Shown piece after piece: positions 49,303 through 61,600 of a stretch of 64,000 nt of DNA. The notes under the pieces are model-generated. The model did no database searches, had not been told where the DNA came from, and was given only the letters and a program-made list of their open reading frames with translations. Source of the stretch: Elsinoe ampelina. Lineage: Eukaryota. Both the position numbers and the translations under genes were made by a program. Location of the stretch: assembly GCA_010093995.1 (NCBI GenBank), contig ML992507.1, positions 803,576-867,575 of the forward strand. Direction: 5' to 3'. The number at the start of each line of letters is the position of its first letter. Position 1 is the stretch's first letter.

Positions 49303-50269
49303 CCGAGCGGTCAACAGCCAGGGGTTGCCCCCCGGCTATCTTCCCGCTGGTTCCATATAGTCAGTCCTACAGGCGATCCTACGAAAGATGCTATGTTTCG
49401 ACGGTACCTTAAGCCGCTCTTTGTGACGCCACACGAAGCCTTGGATCGATGAAAAGGGCCCGCAATGTCGAACAGCAAGAAGACAACAGCCACCATCCTT
49501 CTCGAAGGCAAGATGCTTCAGAACTCCGCCGACGCTCTGTGACGGATTTGGGCATACACCCTATAGGACTCATGACTGGCGAGTGCATATCTGGCGAGGC
49601 GAATGGGTCCATACCTAGACAACGTTTGCCATCGAGCTCGGTAATCACCCTACTCAGACACCGGTCGTCGGGGATGTGTGTACGTATTCAGCATGCCCTA
49701 TTTGACTTTTTCGTGCTGATAGGTGGATATCACTGAGCAAGTGACGGTTACTCTATGTCGCGTGTCTGGCTCTCTCGGCACAAAGGCCAAAGCAGACCAT
49801 GACTTCCACCTGTTGAGTTCCATCAACTCTCTTGATTTGCTACATACGGTGACGAGCAAATCTGAATTCCCGTTCTGTTCTACACAGCAAGCCCCCGGAG
49901 CTGCCCATGGGCGTTCCACCGACTTCGAAGAATCAAGGATTGATGCTGTCGCCACCTCCCGATCATAGCTAAGCTCGTACTCTTCGACTATCAGGGCGTG
50001 AAGGATCCTGCCAGCGAGAGCCTCATGTGGTAGGATAGCAGTACCATCGACCGGTAAGGTCACATGAACTGGTATTACGAAGACGTACCCATCACAAAGT
50101 CAGTAGAAAGATACTACCAGAGTGCTCTTCCGCTGATAGTACATCAGCCGAGGGGTCGCTTGAGGTGTCACAGCTTACGTCATGGACCATTGCTGTATAA
50201 GCTATACCTACGAGCGATCTTCACTGGTACCGCCGTATTGCAACACTGGTCGTGTGCTGTCGACCACTT

Positions 50270-51114
50270 CATATGGCGCACATAAGGAACTCGCGGAAAT
50301 CCTTAAAGCTTGCGGCATCAGCTGGTTTGACACCTTTAACAACAATGGCGACCTCCTTTATGCCGGTCAGCGGGCTACTGCCACCCAGCTCCGCCCGCAG
50401 GATATGCCTTTTCCATCGTAGATTGGTGGTAATGCCTGATTTTCTCTCCAAATGGGCCGTCGCACGGGCATCAAGCACCACACACACAGCCTGGTAGTTT
50501 CTGCAGATCCTGCCCTGCCAGCTTTTTCACCTCCGCCGATCTCTCCGCCCACATGGCTTGTGAGCATGGTCAAAAGGAGATCACCTGAAATCACTCCGAG
50601 ACTTGCTCACATTCCTTCTTCAGTGAAGCAAGTATGCGACGTCATTGTCAAGATGCACATGGAGCCGGCATCATATGTAAACAAGACAGCTGCGACCTGG
50701 AGTTTGACAGGATACCAACGCGAGGGTCACCGTGTTACCGATCATTTTGAATCTGGGCTCATTTTTCGCCCGACTTGCGACAAAGAGTATTCATGGTACT
50801 CGGCCCTTTCAAATAATCAGAAGAGAGGTCACTTAGAATTGGGATGTCCCAAGGATCACTGCACGCGATCGTTTGAGACTGAAGCCGAGCTGGAAACACA
50901 ACGTCACCTGTCTCGACACTCGACAGACGGCTGAAAATGCCGCCACTGCGAGCGTTCATTTGACAGTGTCAAAGCTTGCCAGACACATGAGGTCGTCCAT
51001 CTGACTAGGTTCTTGCGTGAGACCTGCGGGACAGTATTCAATGATCATGGCCACTTCAACGATCACAGCCGAAACCACACCAGAGCGAAACCAAATCCCA
51101 GGGACCGTATATGA
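50270..51114 (+). pseudogene. Degenerate gene ending in three C2H2-like zinc fingers; 5' boundary uncertain
   Basis: CPKDHCTRSF..RHLSRH, in-frame TGA at 50932-50934, KCRHCERSF..HEVVH, then FLRETCGTVF..HSRNH with the first Cys replaced by Arg. Confidence 0.6.
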
Positions 51115-51699
51115 TATAGTCCTGATCAAAGTTGATCGAGTCACTTTGGTCTTCAAATGGGTGAGCAAAAATTGATCGTGCCCAAATTCACGAGGTGAAG
51201 TCGCAACTTTGTTTCTCCGGCGGCTCTTTGGTGTCGTCCCGCAAACAGCAGCATCTGCAAGCGGCGAACGAGGCTACATCTTGATTGCATGGCAAATGCC
51301 AACAAATATTTGTACCATCGGTATTCTTTGGATTTACCTTCGGCCCAGCTTGTGTCTCACCACTAGACTTATCCTTGACTCGAGAAATAGCTGGGAGGCA
51401 GTGCTAGTTGTAATGCTCTTTCTCTTGCACCACCACCGATATTCATCCATCTTCCGCTTCACGTTCTTCCATGTGATATCACATGCATCTTCCATTACGT
51501 TGGCTCCCATTCCTCCGCACTAAGCCGAGACTCGCATGCTCGCCGTCACTGCCGATTACGCCGCCGCCTCCATGCGGCGCACGAACCATCGCTGATATAT
51601 ATATACTCTCCGCCCCTTTCCTTTCTCCTTCTACCTTACATCCTCTTCCTCCCTCCCCCGAGCACCCCGGCGCCCCCGACTCGGGGTTTTTCTTTTCCC

Positions 51700-54600
51700 T
51701 TTCGTTTTCGGAAATTCCAAACGATGCGTGCAATGCAAGAGGCCTCGATTCGTCCGGCACCATTGCAAAGATGGTAGCCAGGCTGGAACGCCATGAGAGT
51801 CAGCAACAAACCTCTATCACCAAGCCCCAAGACAATGTCGATCACGCCTTCAAAGATGCACTCCTCACAGCTCTCGAGGACCTCTCCGTAATTCAAGGTT
51901 TCGACCCAGAACGCTTGCCTGTCGACGAGGAAGAAAACGAATTCTTCCAGAAGATGACGATACATTCTCAAGGTGCCAAAGGCAAATCAACGACAGATAT
52001 TCAACTGGCATCTGCGAAACGCATGGATGCACTAAACGAGCGGTATCGACCAAGGACTATCGCTGGCGCGTTTTGGATAGCGGGCTCGAAAACAGCTCGC
52101 CAAAACTTGGTGCATACTTCGGCTTTACAACCACACGCCAAGCAAATTACCTGCTCTCTCCATCCTGTCCACTGGACCGGATCTTGAGCCGCTGGCGCAA
52201 AGCAAACCACGACATAGGCAAGAGGTTTTCTGGCAAGAAGGACATCCCGAACATCAAATTCCACCACCACTTCGAATCGACGTATGCCAAAGCTCGCACT
52301 GTGAAATGAGAAGCATTAGAGCGCGACCTCGACCTGATCTCGAACAGCTCGAGCGCCAAATCGGTGATAATGGGTTATGCTGTAAAGGCAGCTTGCATGA
52401 TCCTGGACAGCTTTCATTACCTGTATCGCCGACCTGAAGTCCAAGACACGCCATGCGACCCTCGAAGGTATGGCCATTGGCGCTCAGAAGACGTACATCG
52501 AGTCTTCATTCTCCTGCTCAACGCCCGCCACATCATGGGAAAGACGGCGAAGTCCGTCAAAACCCACTTCCTGTGTTGTCGTATTTAAAGGATCACGAAC
52601 TCAAAGACGTCGACTCATCAGCTGCTGCAGCCTCACGTCAATCTGCAAATTCCGGGAGAGGGTATGACTTTGGCCACGCTCTCGAAGAAGCCAAGAAAGC
52701 AATTGCGAGAAGAGAAAGACACCGCGCTGCCGAGACAGGGCCCGAGGAGCTCAATGAGGAACAAATCCAGAAGCTCACAAAAACGACTGCCAAAAACCTT
52801 CTCGCTCAGCAAGCAAAGTATCATATGGGCTCGATAAGTAACGCACTTGGCGACATGACACCTGAAGGACGTGAAATGATTGCCGACGACGTTCGCAGAC
52901 ATGTCATTGTGGTTTATCCTCTACCCAAATCTCGGACCTCGAAGGCGGAGGTTACACTACCCAACGAGCATGAAGATTCTTCTGTGCCAGATCTGGCTTC
53001 TGTAATGAGAGGCGAGGCTACTTTACAGGAAGCGACCTACGATCCACAGTCCGAGGTCAGGACCCGCCAGGACAACTGTGAGGGGCCAGACAGTCGAAAG
53101 GAACTCGATGCGCCGCAGCGCCGAAACCTGCTCGAATGCAACGTTTCACTCACCGAATCCTCGATAATCCTACCACCATTTCAACAGGCTTGCAGCACAT
53201 TCAACATCGAGCTTCCAGAAATTCCATCCGTGCCGGATCACGCTGCCGAGGACGATAAATTCAAAGTATTCCAGCCATATAGCGAGCCGGCTCTATGGGA
53301 CGGCAATGATTATGAGGCAGTCATGCTGCCACCGCAAGCGCCCCCGACAGACCATGAAATTTAGGCCAGCCTGTGAAGCCCGACGACTTTCCAATGACAC
53401 CGAAAGTACCGAGATTTTCAGGTTGTCAGTCACACCTCGAAGTGTACTCAGTTTCCAAGGAACGCCAGTTCTAGTAGGAGTTGTAGTACAATGTCTACCA
53501 GAACTTGGTTTCTAAGTGCAAATAGCAGACTTTCAGGCTTGCCATTCACATGTGGTAGTATTTGCACTAATCTTCCTACCAGACGCTGACAGTTCTACAG
53601 TTCTTGTCTTTCTAAGGTGTGACTGACAACCTGAAAATCTCGGTAACGCGAGTCAAGAAAAAATTACGGGTCAAGCCCCCTCAACTCACTGCCATGAGTG
53701 CCATGCGTGCCTTGGAGGCAAGGAGGCTAGAGGGTGGTATCCTCGCTGACGTGATGGGACTTGGGAAGACTATTACGACGTTACTTCACCTCCTCATGCA
53801 GTCCAAAGAAGCAGAGCGCACGGCAAAGTGTCCCAACACTGGTAGGGACGACTTTGAGGTCTCATTTGTCGCTGTCCCCGCCTCTTCCCTCGGACCATGG
53901 AAGGTTGGCTGGAAACGCTGGTTCCAGGGCAAGCTCGACCTATGGATTTGGTATGGCAGTAAAGACACAGCTGCTGCGGCAGATGTATCCAAGGTCCTTC
54001 CACCGAATGCAGAAGGCCTGAACAAATGGCTTGAAGATCATGTAGACATCAATGATCCCAAAACAGCAAGGAAAGTCATACTCACCTCGACTTCAACCAT
54101 GACGTCTAGATGTCTACAGCAAATTCGTCCAGCTTCAACCCGTGATCAGAACGTCGAGGCGAAAGGCAAAGAACGCCAACGACCCGAGGACTATCCAGAA
54201 GACATGTGTACAGAAGACGCTGCAGACTATGAAGCCATGCAGGACGAGGTTGACAATACTGATGAAGCTGCTTGGAGGATCCTTGTCGACCGTCGCTACT
54301 TCCGCAGAATTGTCGTGGATGAGGCCCATCTCTACAAAGGCCGCCATACACAGATTCACATCTGCATTCGCAAATTGAAATTTGCTGCAACTATTCTGTT
54401 GACTGGAACACCATTTACCCGACGACTGACTGACTTCGCTGGACTATTAGCCCTACTCTGGAACGACACCATAAACGAAGAGTACGACGAGCAGATTCGT
54501 AGCAGGACCGCAAGGTCAGGCATTGATGCCTACAAGAGCATGCGCGACGAAGTCGAAGAATTTGTGGGCTCCACCGATTTCGAGCAGATCTTCGCCGACG

Positions 54601-55058
54601 AGAACATACGCCGGTTCATCCCCATGTTCTGCCCAGACTGCGGCCGCATTTTCACTGGCCAACACGCTAGTCAAGCATGTAGAGTACACGAGCTCGAGCA
54701 CACCAACCGATTTAAATGTGAAGTCTGTGATAAGCAGTGTGTTGGTGCTTCCAAGCTGAGGGAACACATGGCTATGCACAACAAATCCAATGATTTCAAG
54801 TGTGAGCTCTGTGGAGTCACCGCATCTGCGCAAAGTGCAATCTGGCGTCATATGAGGAACTTCCATCCGAGTTGGGCGAAGCCAACGTTCACTTGCGCCC
54901 ATTGTGGCAAGGTCGGCAAGCAGGAGCACCACATGAAGATGCATGAAGAGGCATGTTTTGAGAAAGCAGCAAGGGCCGAAGAAGCGGAAGAAGTCTACGG
55001 AGGCATAGAAGGTGGTCCACAAGGCAAAGAGAGTGGTGCAGACGAAGAAGTAGCCTGA
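51700..55058 (+). pseudogene. Disrupted SAP-like + SNF2 N-terminal ATPase + C2H2 zinc-finger gene
   Basis: SAP-like ACNARGLDSSGTIAKMVARL; frameshifts near 52070 and 52570; in-frame TGA 52307-52309 and TAA 53613-53615. ORF 53619-55058 carries GGILADVMGLGKT, IVVDEAH and LLTGTP, then four C2H2-like fingers. Joining all fragments into one gene is an inference. Confidence 0.65.
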
Positions 55059-55101
55059 TGGCGGATCTGTTTTAGGAGGATCTGGTACTTCTGGTAGTAA
55101 T

Positions 55102-55580
55102 CTACAGAACAGAAGAGGCTACGCCTTCCTCGAGCGCAAGACGCACGCGGCGGATTTCGTCGACCTGTACACGCAGCAAGTCATCACCTGACACTGCGGA
55201 CAAGTCCGGCAGTGTAGTGGCTTGAACATTGGTGATTCGGTACAAGCGAATCGCACTTTGTGCTGCTGCTGCTGCTGCATCGAGCTCAGGCTTCTTGTCG
55301 ACTGAGCGAGTCTTGGAGGGATCCAGGCGGTGTCGATCTGCCTTTACGAAGGCGGCGTGGGCGGCGTCGACCAAATTCTGGAGCGTAGGGTCGTCAATCG
55401 GACGACATGCCTGCTTGACCTTCTTACAACACGAGCAAGACTTGCCAGCCTCACTGTCGCAAGAAGAATCTGCCAATGTCAGGACGCCGTCACCTCACCG
55501 CATAGGTGCCGTATACTCACCGACGAGGTAGTATGAGCTGTTACGAGTGCATCCCAATCGTTTTGCATGTGGATAGGTCA
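55102..55580 (-). CDS. Small protein with a degenerate Zn-cluster-like Cys pattern; start not located
   Basis: GCTRNSSYYLV joins DSSCDSEAGKSCSCCKKVKQAC through a GTGAGT..CTGAC..CAG intron (about 55520-55470). Confidence 0.4.
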
Positions 55581-56127
55581 GCACTGTTAGTTAGCAGTGT
55601 CTCTTTAGCTCTCGGGGTGGCTCGACTGAGGTAGCGACAGTTTGTATCAGCATATCTCCACAGCAGATTCAAATTGAATATCTACCTGACCTTGCCTGTG
55701 AATTTCTGGCGGTTCTTAAGGATTAACGAACTAAGAGTTTTCGGTGATGCATCCCTTCGCCTAGATTTTTTCTACTACTAAGACTTGAACGCCGCTGGTT
55801 TCTTCGTTTAAGATGCTAGACCATACCTGCCATGGTGATCGGTGCTGAACCCGACTTGTTAGAATCTGAACATCCACCTCAAAGATGGTCGGCAGAGTGT
55901 CCCATTGCTTGAGATGAGCAGTCAGACGTCAAGGTATTGACATCACGACCTGCTCACTGCAAGTAGAGACCTACCAGCAATGGGTCAACAGAGTATTATT
56001 CAATCATTAGGTAGTAGGAAGGCTCGGGGGGATCTGGCACATATTATTTGTATCGCTACCACTGAACCAGACATCCTGCTAGCTTTGTTCTAATGTAAAA
56101 CATTGATGTCGACCACACCTACCCAGA

Positions 56128-57550
56128 TCATGACCCGAATCCGCTCAGTCTGCAAAACCCCGTCCGACAGCCCACCAGATCCGTCCACATACTACCAGCC
56201 TTGAGCATTGTTGTGTCGCTCCGGAGATTAGAATGAGCCAGTACAGAAAGGGAGCAGTCGTGCAACTTGACGAGGATGAAATTGATCTGATGGATACTGC
56301 AATGACGGTTGTGTAGGAATGGCCGTTGGCAAGGCACTGTTGGCAGGATGCTGTCGACGAGGAGCCATGGATGAGGTGCTGTTAGCGCCATCGGGAGACG
56401 AGCGACACGTTCCGCAAGAGGTGGCCAAGGATCTGTCCGCTCATACTGTCGGCAATGGACCTGAGTACTCTATGCAGTGAGTCGTAGTCGTGGTCTGGAC
56501 AGCGGACGGGGCGACGGTGACGTTGAATTTCCGCCGGCCAAGCTCGCATGGACATGTAGATGGCAGACCGTCCGTTGATGTCGGCAAGGCTATGGAGGTG
56601 TCGAGGTGTGTAGACTGCACACCATAGCTGATGGCTGCTCCTATCAGAAGCATGCCTGATCCATGCGAGACTTGGTGGTCGTGGTGATGGAGTGAGAGAT
56701 TCAGCGAAGTGAGGGCATGGAAAAGGTGTAGGCTCTGTAGTAGACGGTGCTGTATGATTGGAGTTGACAGTGCAGTCGGTGGTGGCGTGCAACCGGTCCC
56801 GTGGCATTGGACAAGCCTGAACAGCAGGTGTGTCCATATGATTGCGAAGTGGCAGCATCCTTGTCTGTCATGGTCGAGCAGGTATGCTGGGATTTTCTGG
56901 AAACGCTGCATGTATCTGTCAGTACCAGTGTGGCGTGAAGTGATTTTGGGGGAACTCACGGGCATTGTTGTCTGATTTGAAGGGGACTTCCGAATCCGCA
57001 TACGATGATCGGAGACGTCAACGAGATGGCTGCCCTCAAAGGTGTGTCTCGGTAGTCGTCCAGGGCAGAAAGATAGAGACAGGAGAAGAGGTGAGATTTG
57101 TGGCGTTTGCGTCAGGCGGGGCCTTTGATAATCTTTTGGCCTTGTCTTTGTCGTAGTGATTGAAGTGTCTGTCCCAGGCAATAGCCGCTGAAGGAAGTCT
57201 TTGCAGTGCCGAAGACTAGATTGTATGCCAGGCTCGAAAGGGTCTTGTGGAAGGAAGTGATGATGATTCTGTGATGATGACTTGGGCCGCATATTGCTCC
57301 CGAGAGTCCATGGAAGTACCAGCGACGTCATGGTCAATAAGGCTGACGATGAGCTACCAGTGGAGGACCCAGACATGTGAACAGCGATTGAGCTGATTGT
57401 GAAATTGGTGGATGTGTTGAAAAAGGGTCACAGATTGCGCCCAAGAGTCGTCAGCTAAGGCGAGTTTTGTGGTCGATGGACTGGCGGTGGTGCTGTCCAG
57501 CTTGGCTTCAGGTATGAGATGGAGGTGCATGTCGAAGATGATGGACTGCT
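56128..57550 (-). pseudogene. Possible degenerate hypothetical gene
   Basis: Overlapping same-strand ORF fragments in changing frames, downstream of intron-like signals; no domain recognised. Confidence 0.25.
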
Positions 57551-57630
57551 CGGTCTTTGGTCGATGGGTGAGTACACTTGGGCTGCATGTTGCCCCCAGA
57601 CTCACCCATCAAGTACAAAAGACCAGGCCG

Positions 57631-57990
57631 ACATCCTGACGGTGTAACTGAAGTGTTGAAGAAAGACAAAAGAAGGTGGAGGGAGAGGTGCGTATCAAAG
57701 ATAATAGCTGCTGTTCAAGTTGTAGATCAATGATTGAGTCCTCGTAGATCGCAGATTGCGCCCGACTCACTCAAAGAGCACAAAAGAGCAGCAGATCAAC
57801 ATCCTGACGATGTACTTGAGGTGCTGAAGAAAGACAAAAGAAAGTGGAGGGAGAGGTGCGATGATGGCTGCTGTTCAAATTGTAGATCAATGAATGAGTC
57901 CTCGTAGATCGCAGATTGCGCCCCACTCACTCAAAGAGCACAAAAGAGCAGGTCAACATCCTGACGATGTACTTGAGATGTTGAAGAAAG
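57631..57990. repeat. Direct tandem repeat with units of 168 and 157 bp plus a partial third
   Basis: Units start with acatcctgac at 57631, 57799 and 57956. The two full units share tgtagatcaatga.tgagtcctcgtagatcgcagattgcgccc.actcactcaaagagcacaaaagagcag. Confidence 0.93.
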
Positions 57991-58697
57991 GCGAAGGAAC
58001 GTGAAGAAAATTTAAGGACGCCGTGCGCTTCGCGAGAGCGGTGACTGATGGTTGCCTAGTCATCCCCTTTTCTGCCATCAATCTCGTTCGTCTGATGATA
58101 TTGTTGGCACTTGACTCTTTCGGGACAATCACATGTCTGAGCCTGAGTGTCGGTACGCCAGTCGTCGCAAGTATTTACCGCAGCCACGTCAGCACCCTTC
58201 TAGTAGTTGACAAATGAGCAGGGTAACCAGTGATAGGATCATCGGAGAAGTAGTAGGAAAGAGATATAGAGATCGTAATTACCATATATTTCCGAGGGTC
58301 CGCAATGGGTACGAAACATGATTGAGAGTGGCGACATGGGTGGCGGGTCGATCTACCACATCAAGACAAGAAACCATTTCAAATACGATCACTGCTACTG
58401 CATGACCAACAATAAGGCTCCGAGCGCATTCACGCAATTAAAGAAAGTTGTCAAGTCAGTATGAGGTTGAGGAGTCCATGTCGGTGAATATCGCGCCAGG
58501 CCCAAAACGGCTAGTGGGTCTCCCGAGCTGAAGCCTTCCGTCACAATCTCATCATGTGTTTCTACGTCGATTTGTTTGTCGTAAGCAGAGAAAGTAAGGT
58601 GTATCGGCACCCCATTACAGCGGTATCGGACTGGTATGTGATTCTGTGGGACTGGAATGCAAAGTCGAGCCGCACCGAGCAGAAGTGTGGTATGATC

Positions 58698-61600
58698 TCA
58701 CGACCCCTTTTCCCCATTCCCGAAATAGCTCGACACCTTCCTTCCCCATCCATCGCTCCTCTTCCTCTCATTCTGCCTTGAAGTCAATTGATCCCGACTA
58801 TCCATTCTCGCCTGCCAGACTGTGCTCCCCGGAGGACCCCTCCCTCCGTCCGTCAGCAAGCCAGTACCGTCCTGCCCATCCACTGATTCGCCCTCGAGAC
58901 TATCACTCCTTCCATGACCCGCCACGATCCCCAAGCCGCTCGCATGATCCAGGTTCTCGCTGATGCTGCGCTTGAGTTGGCCGCTCTCGCGGTGCCGGGC
59001 GAGGCTCCCATCGGGTCGGTGCTGGCCGTGAATGGTGATGAAGGACCCGTCGAGGTTCAAGGGCGGGGAGAGGTTGGGGCTGGTGGCGTTGAGTGTGGGG
59101 CTGAAGGTGTGATATGGTGGGTTCGTGCCCTGGCCTGTGTGACCTGTGTGACCGTTGCGGAGGCTGTTTCCATAAAGGCTGGAGGAGCTGGCGTGGGAGT
59201 GGACTGAGTTGCTGTCTCGTCCTTGCGATGCTGTTGAGTCGCCTGCACCTTTTTGGTGTTCGGTCGGAGGTTGAGGCCCGAATCTGGCCCGAGACGCTGG
59301 TGATGGGCTGCGCGCAGCGGCACCGTTTGGAAGTGGCTTACGTTCTGGTAGGTCGAGAGGGAGTGGTGGGAGGGGTGCATCCCTTGGTGGCGGCGGCGAG
59401 TAGGTGCTTTGAGGCAGAATGGAGGAAGTGTTCACTTCGGCCGCTCCATTCGTGCGTCCCTCGCCAGCTTGGACAGCCTCCTTCTCGTCAGATCCATGGC
59501 CGGCACCTGCCCGATCGTGTTCTGCGAGCCCTCTCAATTGAGCCTCAAGAGCTTCACGTTTGGCCTTCTCCTTAGCAGCTTCCTTCAGTGCTTCCTCCTT
59601 CTCAAGCTCAATCACTTCCAGGGCAGTACCAGACTTGATCGCGGCCAATCTCTCTCGCAAAGCTTTATTCTGATCCCTGAGTTCCTTGTTGTCCTTATTG
59701 GAATGCGTGAGTTGTTCTTCAGAGTTCGCCAGTTGAGTTCGTAGCTCGGCTCGTTCCGTCTCGATAGCGTCGATCCGATGGCCGACGGTCTTGTAGTTCT
59801 TTGTCTCAAGACTGCGCTCCGTGAGCAGATTATTCATGTCCTGTTGAATGTCGTTGACATCTTGCTGGGCAGTACTAAGGTCGTTCTCAAGTTCTTCGTT
59901 CCTGGAGCTCAAGTTGGTGACCTGAGTGGTCAGGTCTGCAACAATGGTGTCACGCTGCTCGATAGTATCTAGCGCTTCTTTCAGTTTTGCATGCAGCACT
60001 TCAGCTTTGGCTGCCGAACATTAGTTTCAGTAAATCATACCCACATGAAGCCACTCACCTTCGTGTCGGAGTACATCAATGACTCTCCCCATGTTCTGAG
60101 CCAGCACCTCCGCACATAACGGATGACCTCTCTCAGCAGCGACCTGGATCGCCAGACCGCGCTTTGGACTACGGTGCGTGACGTTGGCGCCGTAGACACA
60201 AAGAAGCTCCACGCAGCTGCGCTCGCCCTTCCAAGCCGCCATCGTAAGTGCTGTATCACCTTCCGAGGTCTGTGCATTGACATGGGCACCTTTCTCGAGC
60301 AACTTCTGGACCGATACAGAGGACATGTGTGCTGCGGCGTTGATGAGCGGCGTTGCATTGTCGGAACCACCACGAACGTTGACATCGGTTCTGTCGTTCT
60401 CGAGCAGAAGATCGAGTATTGCTGGCTCTGCTATCCTAGTCGCCGCGGTGATTGGATATTTCAGTGTTCCGCCGCCAATATTAGGGTCCGCGCCGTGCTC
60501 GAGTAACATTCGAGCAACATCAGCTCTCGCACTTTCGCAAGCCGCCTGGAGCGCAGATCCACCAGGGAAGCCGATGGTATCTCTAGTAGGTGCGAGCTTA
60601 TTCACATCCGCTCCGGCCTCGACAAGCGAAGTGCATACATCTGTGTGGCCAGCTTTAGCGGCAAGTTGAAGTGCGCACCCACAATTACCCTCAACCAGAG
60701 CTCCCTTTTCCAGTAACGCTCTTACCAGAACATCGTCACCATTCTCAGCTGCGACTGTTATGGCGTCCCGAACATCGAGAGCAGCCTCTGGATCTACCAA
60801 TTTGGCACCGAGTATTTCGCAATGAGCGTCCACCGCATTGGCGTTTGCGCCACAGGTGTTGAGCAGCCAGGTTGCGGTAGCTGATTTCTCAAGCTTGACG
60901 GCCCGGTAGAGGGCTAGATCCCGGACTTCTGGCAGGATTGAGTCGGCTGTGAAATTGTAGAGTTTCTCCAGCAGCTCTTTCTGTTCGTCTGGACCAGTGG
61001 CTGCCAAGAAGAAGACATCGGTCAAGTAGAGGTCATTTCTGCTCTTGTGGTTGGTATCGTTGATGGCATGATCCAGCAGAGCGTTCACGACTGACCAGCT
61101 CCTTTCGTGAGCAGCCGATGAGATCGCATGCCCGACTGTCGGGTTGGTATAGATATGTTCGAAGTCGAGCAATGTCTGAACACTTTCGAGCCGACCGTGG
61201 TAGGCAGCCTCGGACAGAGCTTGCTCCAGGAGGTGCGGGTTTTCTTGCCATTTCTTGATGCCATGTATCAAAATGTCTCGAAACAATTTCGGCTCCGAGA
61301 ACATGGCTGCTAAAGATAGCGGAGCATCACAGGAAGTATAGTCGAAGTTGAAGCGCACATCTCCATTTAGAATCATATTCACAGCCTCGACAGTGCCAGA
61401 TTTGATCGCGGCGTTGATCACCGGTCCATGCTCATTGCTGTAAGCATTGACGTTCGCGCCATGGTCCAGAAGGAGTTTCATGATTGACGAGTGTCCACGG
61501 ACAGAGCAGAGATGCAGAGCCGTCCCGATGCTGCCTTCGCCAGCCTCGATGTCGATACCTGCACGAATGAGGGCTTCGGTAACATCCTGATGTCCATTTA

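Noticed and set aside
55611..55641. cggggtggctcg match to the reverse complement of the transposon TIR
   Set aside because: Only about 12 identical bases, with no partner end or TA duplication; it may be an old remnant but is unsupported.
57631..57990. CRISPR-like array
   Set aside because: Eukaryotic DNA with long tandem units and no unique spacers.
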